A DNA stretch of 63,328 nt, counting the filler, from Perkinsus chesapeaki ATCC PRA-425 (lineage: Eukaryota > Protista > Perkinsozoa): the NCBI GenBank assembly GCA_013115145.1. It is 4 parts of 4 records of this genome, joined end to end, with 100 filler letters (N's around TTAATTAATTAA, not from the genome) between each part and the next. Parts side by side here need not be neighbours in the genome. Positions count along the whole stretch, not along the records: positions 17,846 to 38,719 come from JAAPAO010000609.1; positions 38,820 to 55,837 come from JAAPAO010000693.1; 2 more parts are not named here. One strand, given 5' to 3'. The translations under genes and the position numbers were made by a program. The notes under the pieces are model-generated. The model was not told the origin of the DNA and did not search any database. It saw only the letters and a list, made by a program, of their open reading frames with translations. Shown here piece by piece: positions 35,704-47,782 of the stretch (the first letter of the stretch is position 1; each line of letters opens with the position of its first letter).

Positions 35704-38035
35704 TCATACGTCAGGAATGTCTCTAGTAGACTTATCAGAGATGTTACAATCCACGGCGCCATCGGCAGGCGCATCACAATCGTTCAAGGCGAGGAAGAGG
35801 TCCTTCCTGGATACAATTCCAACAACCTTATCAGAATCTTCTCGCGCGGTGACTAACAGGTGTCTGAGGCCTAGCTGTCTGAAGAGGCTATAGCCTTTGT
35901 CCAGGGGGAAGAATTCTGGTACAGTTAGGGGACCGCGGTTAGCCAGGCCGATCACGTCCAGTGTCTCATCTGGTGACACTGGACCGTGGCGCCAAAGATA
36001 ATCAACTATTGCGCTGCGGGATACCAGACCACGCAGCTTTCCGTGCTCCTCAACGACGAAGGCACAGTGCATGTAGTTGGCCAGAACGTCATGAACTCTT
36101 CCATACGTTTCAACTGGGCTGAAGCCTACAAGGGGTGCATGGGACATTCTGAATGCAATAGACTTTCCTCTCATACAGTACTCATGGGAAGCATCAAGCT
36201 CCTCCAAATAAGGCACTTGACGAACCTCCAATACTAAATCATATGCGCCCTTAATAAACAAATCAGCTACTTGCTTTGAAATAATAACAGTTATCATTAT
36301 ATAAGGCAGCTGCCAAAGATCTCCTGTGATCTCTAGCACTATTGCAGTGAGGCTTATCGTCATCCTTGAGAACCCGGCGAGCATACCAGCAGCACCAATC
36401 ACAGCATAGGACCCGACAGACCCACCAGTGGCGTACATCCAGATGCCCACCACTCTGCCAAGGCAAGCACCAATCATTATGTTAGGTATGAACAAGCCCA
36501 TGGGAATAGCTAAGCCATAGGTAAGGAGCGTGAGGATAAATATAACAACCGCTGCAAGTATAAGTACACCGGCGGAGAATTCGCTGTCTCCCATATAAGG
36601 CGAGAACAGGAACCGTATGGCGTCATCTCTGGATGACATCAATAATGCAGCCAAGGAGTTGACCTTGCCGCCGCCTTCACCCTCGTAACACATTGCACCT
36701 GCAATCCCATCATCGCCGATGACGGCATTGGGAACTGCAGGGTTGCAGCGATGGAAAAAGGCCCATGAGAGGCCGAAAGAAAGGAGTATTGTCATCATAA
36801 TGACGATAATAACCTCAACGACTCTCCAGGCCCGTCGACGGTCCTTGCCCATAGAGAAAAGGTGGAACCAGGCGCGACGGTGGGACTGGACTAGTTTAAC
36901 ACCACCACAAAACAGAGCACCAAGAAGTCCAAAGAACACCCCTACAAGAGCGCATACAAATAGCTCCCAAACCCGGAAGGACCGAGCAGTGTCAGTGGCT
37001 TCTAAATAGGTTCCCGGAGCTTCGCAACCGACGCTCGGGTCCGGGCAGTCGACTATGGCCGAGAGATGCTTAGCAGTAAAGCTGGCGATAATGCAACCGA
37101 AGAACGCCCTCCAGGTAGTCTCAGCGCGCCAGTAGGTCGAGGCTTCTTCCAAAGAGAATAAGATACCACCGAGAGGAGCTTGGAAGGCCGCAGCCACGCC
37201 CATGGCGGTACCAATGGAGATGAACTCATACTTTATTCTGTGACTGGAGAAGGGCAGCATAGCTCGAAGCTGGAAGAAGTTCCTCATGTGCATCTGGGCC
37301 ACCGCTGCACCAACGATAGCTCCGAGGTGGGCCATTGGGCCTTCGCTACCTGAAATATAAGAAATGGATTGATGAAAAACACTGAGCTCGAGCCTTACCG
37401 GCAAAGAAGCCAACTCCGACAACGACGATCTGGCCGACGACCCTCAGGACGCAAGCCCTGAACTTGAGCAGCCTCGGCAAGATGATGCCATTCAAATAGG
37501 TCTTCACATCTGGTATACCACTCCCTCCAGCGAGGGGTTCAACATAAGCCACTAAAGCACCTATAATGGCTGACAGACTAACACCTATACCAAGCCACAC
37601 AAAGAGGCCCGAGGTGAGACCAGCGGCTGTGGCATCAATCACACTGGCCATGAGCAGAAGGCGGCCATGGTATAGCCAATAGGACCCCATAAGGATGACA
37701 GCTCTAAGAACACCAACCAGTAGGCCTGCCAGGATAACTAGGAACCAACCGACCAGCACTGTAGTGCGCGGACGATAGTGAGCCGGATCGGACTTGTCTA
37801 GGCTCCAGGCGGGCCCTACCAGAACGGTATTGCGATGCTTCGAAGGCTGGTCAACAAAGTAATCGAAGCTCTCAAACGGCGGCGGCTTGAGACAACAAAA
37901 GTCCGACGCAGTGAGCCTCAAAGCGGCGGGCTGGTCCCCCTGCTCCTCGTTCTCTGACGCTACGGCTGCTGCTGTTTCGGTTTCAGGGGGAGAGCCAGAG
38001 GTAACAGAAGGAGTAGTTGGTATAGAAGGCCGCAT
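35704..38035 (-). CDS. CLC: ClC-6/7-type chloride/proton antiporter with two CBS domains
   Basis: GSGIP, GSEGP, LFSLEEAS, GLFIP and C-terminal CBS pair; 49-bp intron at 37350-37398 restores the frame (FFAG|SEGP). Confidence 0.95.
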
Positions 38036-38719
38036 GGAAAAAAGAGTTGAAAAACTGAACCGACGTCGTCGAGTGTATAATATACAACAAGCATTGATAA
38101 CTAAAGAACGGATAGACTAGGGAAAGTAAGTATTATATATGGACTCAGCAGCCGCGCAGTGACGCGTCAGAAGAGGGAGGGCTGAGATGGATGCACTCAA
38201 GGGGAGCGACTTCGAAACCGTCATCGCTGAGCGCATTCTCCCACACAGAGTACCAGCAGCATAATCAGGTACAAGAAAGTGGCGGTCCAAAGTGGGCAGC
38301 ACCAACCTGGGACCAAATTCCAGTCGTCAGAGGTGGTGCGTGGCAGTAGACAGAGAGAAGAACAACGGAAAGAAGAATAGTAAGAGTCACTAAAGGTAAA
38401 TGATATGCAAGCTGCCGCTGCTACTGATATCTCTGAACGCCCTCCTTCTTGTTGAAGCCAAAGCGGCTAGAATAAACGTGTTCGTTGGTCGGAATGGAGA
38501 TAGCCAACGATAGGAGAAGTGAAGATCAATGTGTATCACCATCACACATTATCTTCAATTGTGCTAGGACTTGAGGACAGACTGGAGGACGAGTGGCACC
38601 AAGCTTTGTCCGTTCTACCCTTCGAGTGCTTGTATTCGTCAGCGGAATCCTCAAGAGCTTGGATAAGATCCTTACGAGTTATCATACCAACAACATGATT
38701 AGCATTATCTTTATCAACA

Positions 38720-38819
38720 NNNNNNNNNNNNNNNNNNNNNNNNNNNNNNNNNNNNNNNNNNNNTTAATTAATTAANNNNNNNNNNNNNNNNNNNNNNNNN
38801 NNNNNNNNNNNNNNNNNNN
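38720..38819. other. Assembly gap with synthetic linker
   Basis: N44, TTAATTAATTAA, N44. Confidence 0.98.
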
Positions 38820-38848
38820 TGGACAACTACAACGGAACTGTCTTCGCC

Positions 38849-39328
38849 ATGGGGCAGCTCCTAGCAACTTGCGCATCCCTCTCGATCGCAGTCCCGATCG
38901 TTCTACGATTCACGTCTGACCATCAGCATTTTACAGTTGGCCTCGTTGGTTGGCTTTGCACCGCTGCCCTTGGGCTCATGGCTTGGTGGTCCTACCTGTC
39001 ACCCATGTGCACGGGCTTTGTACTCTATTATGGTTTCTATCATTTCATCAACGCCTTCGTATCAGCAGAGACAGGCCGTGTTGTGAACGGCAACATAACT
39101 AACTGTGGCGATTCTGGGGATCCTGGCAGGGACTGCTACGCTATGGTGGTGCTCTGCAATAATGTTGTGGCACTTTGGCTCTCAGTGCTACTGCATTTGA
39201 TCTTTTTCTCCTGGTACGCATTGGACCTGATCCTGGTGTATAGGATCTTATGGTCCTACCAAGCAGCTTTCACATGCGTTTTCACTATTGCTGCTATAAC
39301 CCTATATGGTTGGAGTCGCTTCAAATGA
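38849..39328 (+). CDS. C-terminal part of a multi-pass transporter (possibly reduced-folate-carrier/SLC19-like); 5' end probably in or before the gap
   Basis: 4-5 hydrophobic helices; YAMVVLCNNVVALWLSVLL resembles the RFC penultimate helix from memory. Confidence 0.5.
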   Translation: MGQLLATCASLSIAVPIVLRFTSDHQHFTVGLVGWLCTAALGLMAWWSYLSPMCTGFVLYYGFYHFINAFVSAETGRVVNGNITNCGDSGDPGRDCYAMVVLCNNVVALWLSVLLHLIFFSWYALDLILVYRILWSYQAAFTCVFTIAAITLYGWSRFK

Positions 39329-39520
39329 CGAGCAACCCAGCAAAATGTTAAGGTCGCTTGAAGTTGTTTGGATTAAGCTGCTTGTCGAGTTTAATAATGG
39401 AGAAACGTGAGGGCAGCGAGCACGAATCCACAGCCTATAGTAACAAATAAAAAGACCTGAAATATTTGGGAGGTAACAACGGTGGGAGTTAGCCATTGTT
39501 CCTGTTGTATCAATCACTAC

Positions 39521-39951
39521 ATGTCTCGACCAATCCTGGTCACTCTATACCGATCTTCGCAGTGCTGCCTGTGCAAAACGGCACGGTTCATGGTAGATCG
39601 AATAGTGGCTGCTGGGAGGTATCCCCCGGGTGCTATAAAGATAGAGGAGGTGAACATCGATGACGACCCAGGCCTGAAAGGTGAGTGAGCGGGGCCGGTG
39701 GAGAAGTCAGGGCTTTCCGGGACTTTAAAACTCCAAGTGCTCCTTTCCCATGCCAGATGAATACGAGTTCGAAATCCCCGTAGTCGCTGTCGACGGAAAC
39801 GCTGTGTCTCGACAGAAAATCCAATCTAAGGCCATACGAGAAGGTGGGTTCGTAAGTAGACTCCAATCGCGTGAATGTCACAGAACGAGGGACGTTTTGG
39901 TTCTGCGCAGCAGCAAGTATCATGCAAGATAAGTCGAGTTCCTGTTTTTAG
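39521..39951 (+). CDS. Glutaredoxin-like protein (DUF836 type)
   Basis: VTLYRSSQCCLCK CxxC motif, EEVNIDDDP, intron 39681-39756, then YEFEIPVVAVDG. The last exon is tentative. Confidence 0.85.
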
Positions 39952-40293
39952 CGATATCTGCTTCTTATGCGGGCGACTCTCATGCATGACTGCTGCTCCT
40001 GATGAGCAGCTTGGCAGTGATTAAGCCAAGGAGAAATGTTTCCAGGTATACACTGTTAGAGTTAGTCTCCCGATTTGTGGTGCCATGAAATATGACTGTC
40101 CTTACGCCAAGAAAAAGGGGCATGCTTGCAGAGAGGAAGCTCACGGGTCGTTCTCAGAAGGCCTCCATTGAACGGCATCCGTTTTAACTCTTCCGAGTCA
40201 AATGGTGACCAGAAACATAATGTAAAAAGGCTGCTCCGTAAGCCATGGCCACTGTAATCTGGAACCAAGCTCGACTCATGAGCAAGCCGCATA

Positions 40294-40366
40294 TACCAGG
40301 AGCGGGGATCGAACCCGCGACCTTCTGCGTGTAAGGCAGACGTCATAACCGCTAGACTATCCCGGC
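40294..40366 (-). tRNA. trnV-TAC: tRNA-Val (anticodon TAC)
   Basis: GCCGGGA/TCCTGGT acceptor, TCTGC-CTTACAC-GCAGA anticodon arm, GGTTCGATCC T-loop, 73 nt. Confidence 0.95.
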
Positions 40367-41449
40367 AATGGGATGGTTGCAGTTCAATTCGTTCCATCGC
40401 ATTGGTTGCCTATATTCCCAATTCGCTGGTCAAGGTACGTACTGGTATTGGGAACATTCTGATTATAACAATTATCCACGAGCATCTGTTAGTCACTATC
40501 CATAACATATTGACAGACTATCAAAAAACACAAAGCCTTTTGAATATGAAAAGCTTTCATCTACATTGCAAATAGGATAAGTCCCACCACTGTGATCATG
40601 CCGTATGTGAAGTTACACCTGCAAGATAATAAAATATAAATTGTTAGACGTTTCTATAGTAGGCATGAGTTATGTCACATAACGTATGTGCTACTAACAT
40701 ATCCAATCCCGTTGTCAGGCGACTTATAAAGCATTCCTTCCCGAAGAAGCGTGATGTGATGGTATGTGGGATGATGTGGGCTTTGATGCCCGGCGCGTAT
40801 CGCTGCAGTATTGTAGTCATTCTTCCCTATTGGCAAACTGCCAATGCCAATCGATTCGATTGAATCCACTCCCTCCGTACATTCCCTTTGCGAGGGCCTC
40901 GCAACCAACCCGCTCTCGGGATATCTAGTTCTGGTCGCTCGGCTTAACCAGTGCTTGACAACCACCGCCATTAACTCTAACTTTTCCTGTTACACTTGGT
41001 GCTCAATGTTATGGGTATGGCTACGGCGCACGGTCTACTGCATATTCAATCTGAGTTGTCTGGCGAATAAGGTGGGGACGGCGGCCGCGCTGCCACTTAT
41101 ACTGATTTACCACACGGTATGCTCCAACTTGCTGCGGAAGATTCTGTCCCAACTCACCGACTCCGCATTATCAAAAAGGATGGCAAAGACATACAAGGAG
41201 TTTGAAACGGCCTTTTGTACCTCCTGTTACGAAGGCAGGCTCTATTTCATGCACCGCCTCATAGTAAAGATACTGTACGATAAATCGAGAAACTGTTAAC
41301 CCAAGACACGCCTTTTTGAGTACGACAAGCTCACATCGACATCAGCAATCGAACAAGTAACACATCTGTGATCATGCGGATGGAGTTATTCATTTATTAT
41401 TCACATCGAGTTCCACCTAGAAAGGAACACAGGATATGGTGTGCGACCA

Positions 41450-44400
41450 ACAGACAGTCGTGAGGCATCGGCTATCTACATAAACCAACAGACTGGCGAC
41501 TTACCAAGACTTCCTCGTCGAAGGAGTAAGACCTGATACCCGGTGCATTGCGAACCTAATCAGCGCGGAAAGCAGTTGAGATACCCCTGCCGTAGCAAGA
41601 GTCCCACGTTGCTTTCTGAACTGTGCAGCTCTTGCGCCATTGTGATGGGCATCGAGAATCCCCTAACGTGATTCATGTATTCATACAACTACTAGCGGTA
41701 ACCTACGGGATATTCGGACAGATAGAGGGGGACTTCCGGTAGGCACGCTGGTTCTGAAGTAGCAGTAATGTGCCATACTGAGGAAGCGCTAGCATTACTG
41801 CTGGTTGAGCAATCGTCATTGCGGGGAGCTCCTCTACGTCCCGATTGCGCATCTCCCCGACACGGTTCATGAATGCTTCCTCCGGGTCCAGGCCTGCTGA
41901 GACAATCATTTTAACCCAGACCAGCAGCTAGCTTCCAACCTCTCAGTGGAGGTTCCTGCACGGTCCTGCCATCCATAGTGGTACCAGATGCAGCGGGAGA
42001 ATGTGAGAAAGGCTGAAAAATAATCAGGAACTGCTGCAAGGTGCTTGCGAAGCCGACAGGTACATTCTCGACGTGAATCTGTCGATGTGCTTCAAAGGAT
42101 ATCGGCTCCCGCAGTGGCTGCGGTGGTATGGACTGAGGAGGGACAGATGAAGTGATGAGATAGAAGCAAACGGTCGTCCACCAAGTGACCGCGAATCGTA
42201 TACTATCGCGATGTATCAACATTGCGACGCTGAAATAAGAGGGTCATCGAGTGTTGCAGTACTTACGTCTCTTCCTCTTGCCGGGGTTCGTCTACCCAGA
42301 GCGCTCTTCAAGGCGGCGACTGAGAAACGTACAACGTAACAACGCGAACACCACTTCATTTTACTTTGATATGCACTAGTTAGCACGGCCGCAGTATGAT
42401 GAGCAGGTTCGGTTACCTAGTAGGGCATTCGAGATATGAAGTATCTGGTACCCCCCAGAGGGTTTACCTTCTCTTCTTTCTCCTCCAGCTCGTGATAGTG
42501 GTAAGTGGTTGGTGGACTTGAGCCCGATGAGCTCGCCTGGCGGTACTCGTCCACCCTGATCTCCTTATGCTCTTTGTGTTGCACACCTGACACTCAGTGC
42601 CCCCAAATAACACCATCAACATGGCTCACCTCTCTCTATCTCTCCCGCCGCTAAAACAGCCAGTGCCTGCCCTCTAAGCTGTGGTGGTGGATATGCGAGG
42701 GCCTGATGGGAGAATCATATGGAAGCCACAGGGCTCCAGCAACTTACCATAGCGTGGGTCGCAGCTGGCCGCTCTGTATGGTACCTCTCTACCAGGAGGT
42801 TCTCTGTGTGCCCATATCTTCCCGCCGCATCTGAAATCATGATCCAGAACTCCATCGAACTGAGTCCGACTTTACCCGTGACCGGTCCTCTACATCCTTC
42901 ATATTCCGCCTGAATCACAAAACTTTGAGATTTCATTCGAACGCATCGGATGCGGAACTACTGTAGTACAAGTCTAGTAGTTGAACGAGGAGAACTTCGG
43001 CTCAGGTAACGTTTCGCTCGAGGCGAAACGTACACGGCTGCCACGGGCTCCCGGCGACAGTCTGCGGCTCGGGTGCTCAAAGTTATCTAGCTCTGCGTCG
43101 AGTAATCGCTGGACGAGCTGCCCAGCATCTCAGGAAATCTAGCTATCATCGCGGTGGTCAGCCAACACTAGTGCACTATCTAGCAGGCAGTACTGATCGG
43201 TGGACTACTACTACCCTGGCCGGACAGCCAGAATCCGGGTATCAGCACGAAGAATAGAGGGAGCGGCGGCCTCCAATGCAACAACTGACCTTAGGAGCCT
43301 CCATCACAATGTCATAATCCTGTCTCCTGAATTGTGTGCCGCCGCTTGCTGTGGCCACCTTAGAGTCTCATCGACAAGGAATCCAGCAAAGCCAGCAGCT
43401 CACCATCGTTTCCTCCACTTCATGCTTCTCATAGTATCCTTCCCCCGGCGGAGGGTTCTGAGAAAAGAATGCCTACCAAGCACCAATGTCACTTACCACA
43501 CTTACCCTCCTCATCACAGACGTGGTGTCGCTGTGAGACCTCGCCCGTGCCGGCTAAGATGGCACCAATTCCACAAGACTGCTGCCTTCTCAGCTTACCT
43601 TCTTAACCACGTCTCGATGCACATGGTGCTTCACATAGCCCACACTAGACTCCCCTATACTCAAGAAGGACCACTTTCTTCGAGGAGGTCGCCGAGCTAC
43701 TATCGGCGGCCTCCTCTCCACCACAGGCTCCGGAGTGGTAGCCCTCATGGATGGGCGGGAACTCGGTCTATACACGGCCCTTGGGACTGGCTCCGGTAGT
43801 GGTATATATTCCTCTAGTGGTGCCTCAGCCGGTTCGAATCTTTCCGACTCGTGGTGGTATTCTTCCAGAACCCCATTTGCGTCGGAGTCAATAATGACAT
43901 CATCCTCAGTTCTCTCGAAGATCATGCCACCATCCTGCCCCGCAGCAACAGCCTCCCGATCTTCTCCGTACCCGACCGTCTGCTCCTCGGCTCGGATGTG
44001 GCGCTCCAGACTGTCGTCCAGCCTCGGTGTGCCTCCACAACCGACCTCCATAGTGCGGCCTCGAGACAGTGGGCCATGCTGTAGCGGGGATGCTATATTG
44101 TAGACATCTCCCGGGCGAAAAACTGAGGCACACTTACCAGAGGAGCGAACCGTATCGATGGACTCACCTCGAGTCTCCTCCCCACCCTCCCAATCGACCT
44201 TCCCCAGCGCGGTGAGTGAGCCATTCTTGGGGTCCACAACCACCAGGGCTGTGATGGGCCTGGGTACGAATCTCTGAGAACAGCAGGTCATTACTAAGGT
44301 CAGAAGCACTGAGCACCTCAGGTCGGCACTCCTCGCAAACATCGCGGTTCCCAGCTTCCACGACTTGCACCAAATTTGTCTGCTCTCGCATGCCTCCCTC

Positions 44401-46470
44401 ATGTGGCCAGTGGTGGTGCTCTGGATTAACCCAATTACAGTCGTGATGGCATTTCCTCTTTATCTCTCCTTGGGTAGACCATCCAGCCGAGAGCCAGTCC
44501 CATTTCTTCCCACTAGCCCCTCGTGCTCGCCTGCCCCCAGTCCAATATGGCACTGGCGGAGGTCGACCAAACCCTCGAGACGGCTTGCAAGTATCTTGCC
44601 TTCTCGTGTGCAGCAATCTTAATGCCCTCGGATCATTCGCTACAAACTCCCGAAGCCTTTCCAAGCGTCCAGGCATACACTCCCCCTCCTGAAACAATAG
44701 GCGATGCTGGAGCTCAGTTTACCGCGGTACTTGACATCTCACAAACAATCAAGGATTTTCCTTTACGAATCGCCGCAAAGAACTGATAAACAGAAACCCA
44801 CCTCATCATCGCTGCCGACTCCAACCGACTTCCGCGCTGGTGAGTTTACTCTGGCACCCCTGACGACCTGTGTGGTGAGTACCCTAGCCGGGCTCGCAGA
44901 TCTCCCCCTTGTTGCCTCCGTTGCTGCTGGAGCTCTCTTAACAACTGCCACGGACTTCTTTGCCACAACCTTTTCTTCAACTGGACCACCGCTGGCATTC
45001 CAGTCATCAGTGTCATCATTTTCCTCTTGGGTAGCGCCGCCAAATGACGGAGTAGCCGACGAATCCCTCCAAGAGTCGCTCAATCTCGAGCCCCGTCCGC
45101 TACTTGCTTTCGCCACCGATGGTGCTTCCACTTTGGAGCTTGAAGCACCCCAGGAACCCCCGCCAGGTTTACCACTGCTAGAGTTCTTCGACTTGTGTGC
45201 CGCAAGTGTGGACTTTGATTTATCCCAGGAGTCACCCCAGCCACTTCCCGATTCGTTTGAACTAGACTTGAGCCCAGACTTCGACTTCTCCCAGGAATCG
45301 CCCCAGCCGCTCCCCGAATCCTTTCCTCCAGAGTTCCAAGACTGGCCCCAAGAACTCTTCTCCGATTTGCTAGCCGCGCCTCCTGCCGACTTCCACGAGT
45401 CTCCCCCGTTTGATTTTTTGCTGCTAGAAGCAGCGCTCCAGTTCCAAGATCCTCCTCCTCCGGAGCTCTTTGACCCGAGACGAAAGCCAGAACCGTCGTC
45501 TTCGCCCTCCGAGGAGGAGGAAGAGGAATCCATCCACCCATCGCTACTTTTCATGGACTTTTTCTGGGATAAAATATCGACCGCTGCGAACCTAGCTTTT
45601 GAACCTCACCTTCTCAGCTTCCTTATTTTTGGACGATATTGTCGCCGAACCTGAGCGAGCCGGTTATCGGAGAATAACTCCCAGTCGGAGAACCCACGGA
45701 AGCTTACTGAAAGTGACGGAGCTCCTGCTCTTCCCTGACGGCACGATGGAAGCCTGAAAGGGAGTTACAACGGACGTAAGTGCCCCTTGGGGAGGAAATG
45801 GAATTCACACAGGGCCGCGTGGTGGCGCTGCGTGGTGCTCTCTACCACAACCCAGGCCACTGGATGCCGAGGAAGTGACGATGGCGGCATTAAGGTTATG
45901 TGAGGGATGGAAGATGGAGAATAGTTCATGCGACGGTAGGATACGTTTAAGTCACGCGCCCCAGTTACCAAGCTTATTACCTTAGCGGTGCCACTATCCC
46001 CACCACCGGTACCTGAGGACGCTGGCTCATAGGGCAGTATTGCTATGACAGAGCGCCTACTGTTCCATGATGAGCCAAATGATGACCACCCTGCCCCACC
46101 GCTAGAGGCCTTCGTTGAGGCTCGAGAAGGCGACGATGAAGTGTTGGATGCTGCCATGGGTCCCTGAAAGGCACGTGCTCGTCCCGAAGCAGACACTATC
46201 TAACACTAACTTTAGCCTGTGATTTAACCGCTGGCTTGGCACTCGGAGCATCGGCTGAGGGGAGATAGCTTACAGGCAGCTCCGGGCAGAGCCTTCCTAC
46301 ATTGCGTCTCATCAGTGTCTTCGTCATCGTCAGTCATTGCCCAAGAGTCGCCATCGCCACCCTTATCTCCATTTTTGCCAGCCTGAGCTCGGATACTGCG
46401 AATCCTGCAAAGATATTTGCAAGCTCACCTTCATCTCCTTCAGTAAATCAGCTGCGTTCATCTTCTTCAC
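41450..46470 (-). CDS. Multi-exon hypothetical gene(s) including a Ser/Gly/Trp low-complexity exon (44763-45554); may be more than one gene
   Basis: Long minus-strand ORFs (43590-44402, 44763-45554, 45765-46196, 41911-42222) end at GTAAG/GTGAG donors; limits approximate. Confidence 0.55.
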
Positions 46471-47782
46471 CGCGGGACCCGTGCCGGCCTAGCAACCAGA
46501 ACCCATCACTCCCACGGAGCTCCACCATTTGTTATTAATGTGCCCCTAGGGCGCATCTACCTTGTTCCTGGCACGGCCTAGACTCTTTGACCAATTAGCT
46601 GCTTGGGTAGCTGGCATTCAAGCGAACAACAATAGCATTCTAAAGATTCGTCCCTTATTCGTGCCACAGCTATTTGATCTATTTCCTGCCATATAGGGGA
46701 GACTATTACTTCCCACGGTGCACGGGCGTCTCCATTAGGGGCGGGCGCGATACAAACTGCGCTCTTTGAGTTGCTCCTGACGAAAATGCCGAATTCAGGC
46801 TTTCTTCATATATTCAATTGTTAGTGCCGCGCTGATTGCTTCCCCAATTGGTAATTCCGTTTGCCACTGGAGTAGGGTTCTGTGTAAAATCGTTCCAGCT
46901 GAACAAACAATCTGTGAAGCTTGTAATCAGTCCCGGAATCGTCTTCGTCGGAAAAATCTGATTCCGCCTCTGTTCTGAGTTATATTACTGTTGGTTACTC
47001 AGGCCGAAAATTGAAATCGCCCACTCGTCTGACACCAACTGTTATTTTGCATTGTCGTTCACAGAAATCATCATTCACCGATGCTAACGGCTTCCATGGG
47101 CCACGGATAACTGAATCACCCAAGTACCTCAGCGCGGCCTCTTCTTCAGCTTCACTGATCCCACCGCACTTGGTGGGAGTGAGGCAGTCAAGCTGAATAA
47201 ACTTGCACCGATTCATGTAGACTTCTCCCTCTGAAAAAGAGGTTCTGGAGTTCACAGTACCGTACCAGTAGGCCCCCCGACGGGGGGCCCCCGTCATACT
47301 GATGTGATGAGAAGTTCATCGCCATCAGTTGGCGAAAACTGCTTGAGATAAGGCTCGCGGTGTACTGAGTATATTACGAGGCCTGAGCCTACTAGATTAA
47401 CACTCAAGGGTTGGGCTCAGTTGAGGAGGATCTTCAGATGAGCGTCTTTCCCGATGACGGACTTATTCGATGTCACATCCTGGCATTGACAATGTCAATT
47501 TGACATTAACTGAATCTTCACCGAATTAGCAGAATAGGTCGCCTACTATTTCGGGAAGACCTCAACTCCAGAGGTAGCACGTCGATACTACGACGGTCGA
47601 GTCACATGTTTAATTTAACATAACTTCGCGGATAACTCGACTATCATGCTGTTCTGAGCATGCGGCGCTCAACTGAGCTTCCTGTGACACTCTTGACGTT
47701 ATCGACTCTCTTCATTCATTGCCACAGTGTATGCAGTGTTTCAGTGAAAGTTAATCCTCGATTATAAAGGCAACTGAGACCA

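Noticed and set aside
41017-41026. CCGTAGCCAT match to the dinoflagellate/Perkinsus spliced leader
   Set aside because: Only 10 of about 22 nt match, with no TTGGCTCAAG, donor or downstream gene context.
44704-45654. 316-aa plus-strand ORF
   Set aside because: Antisense shadow of the Ser/Gly/Trp low-complexity exon, which has proper splice donors on the minus strand.
46995-47297. 100-aa minus-strand ORF
   Set aside because: No motif, homology cue or splice linkage visible.
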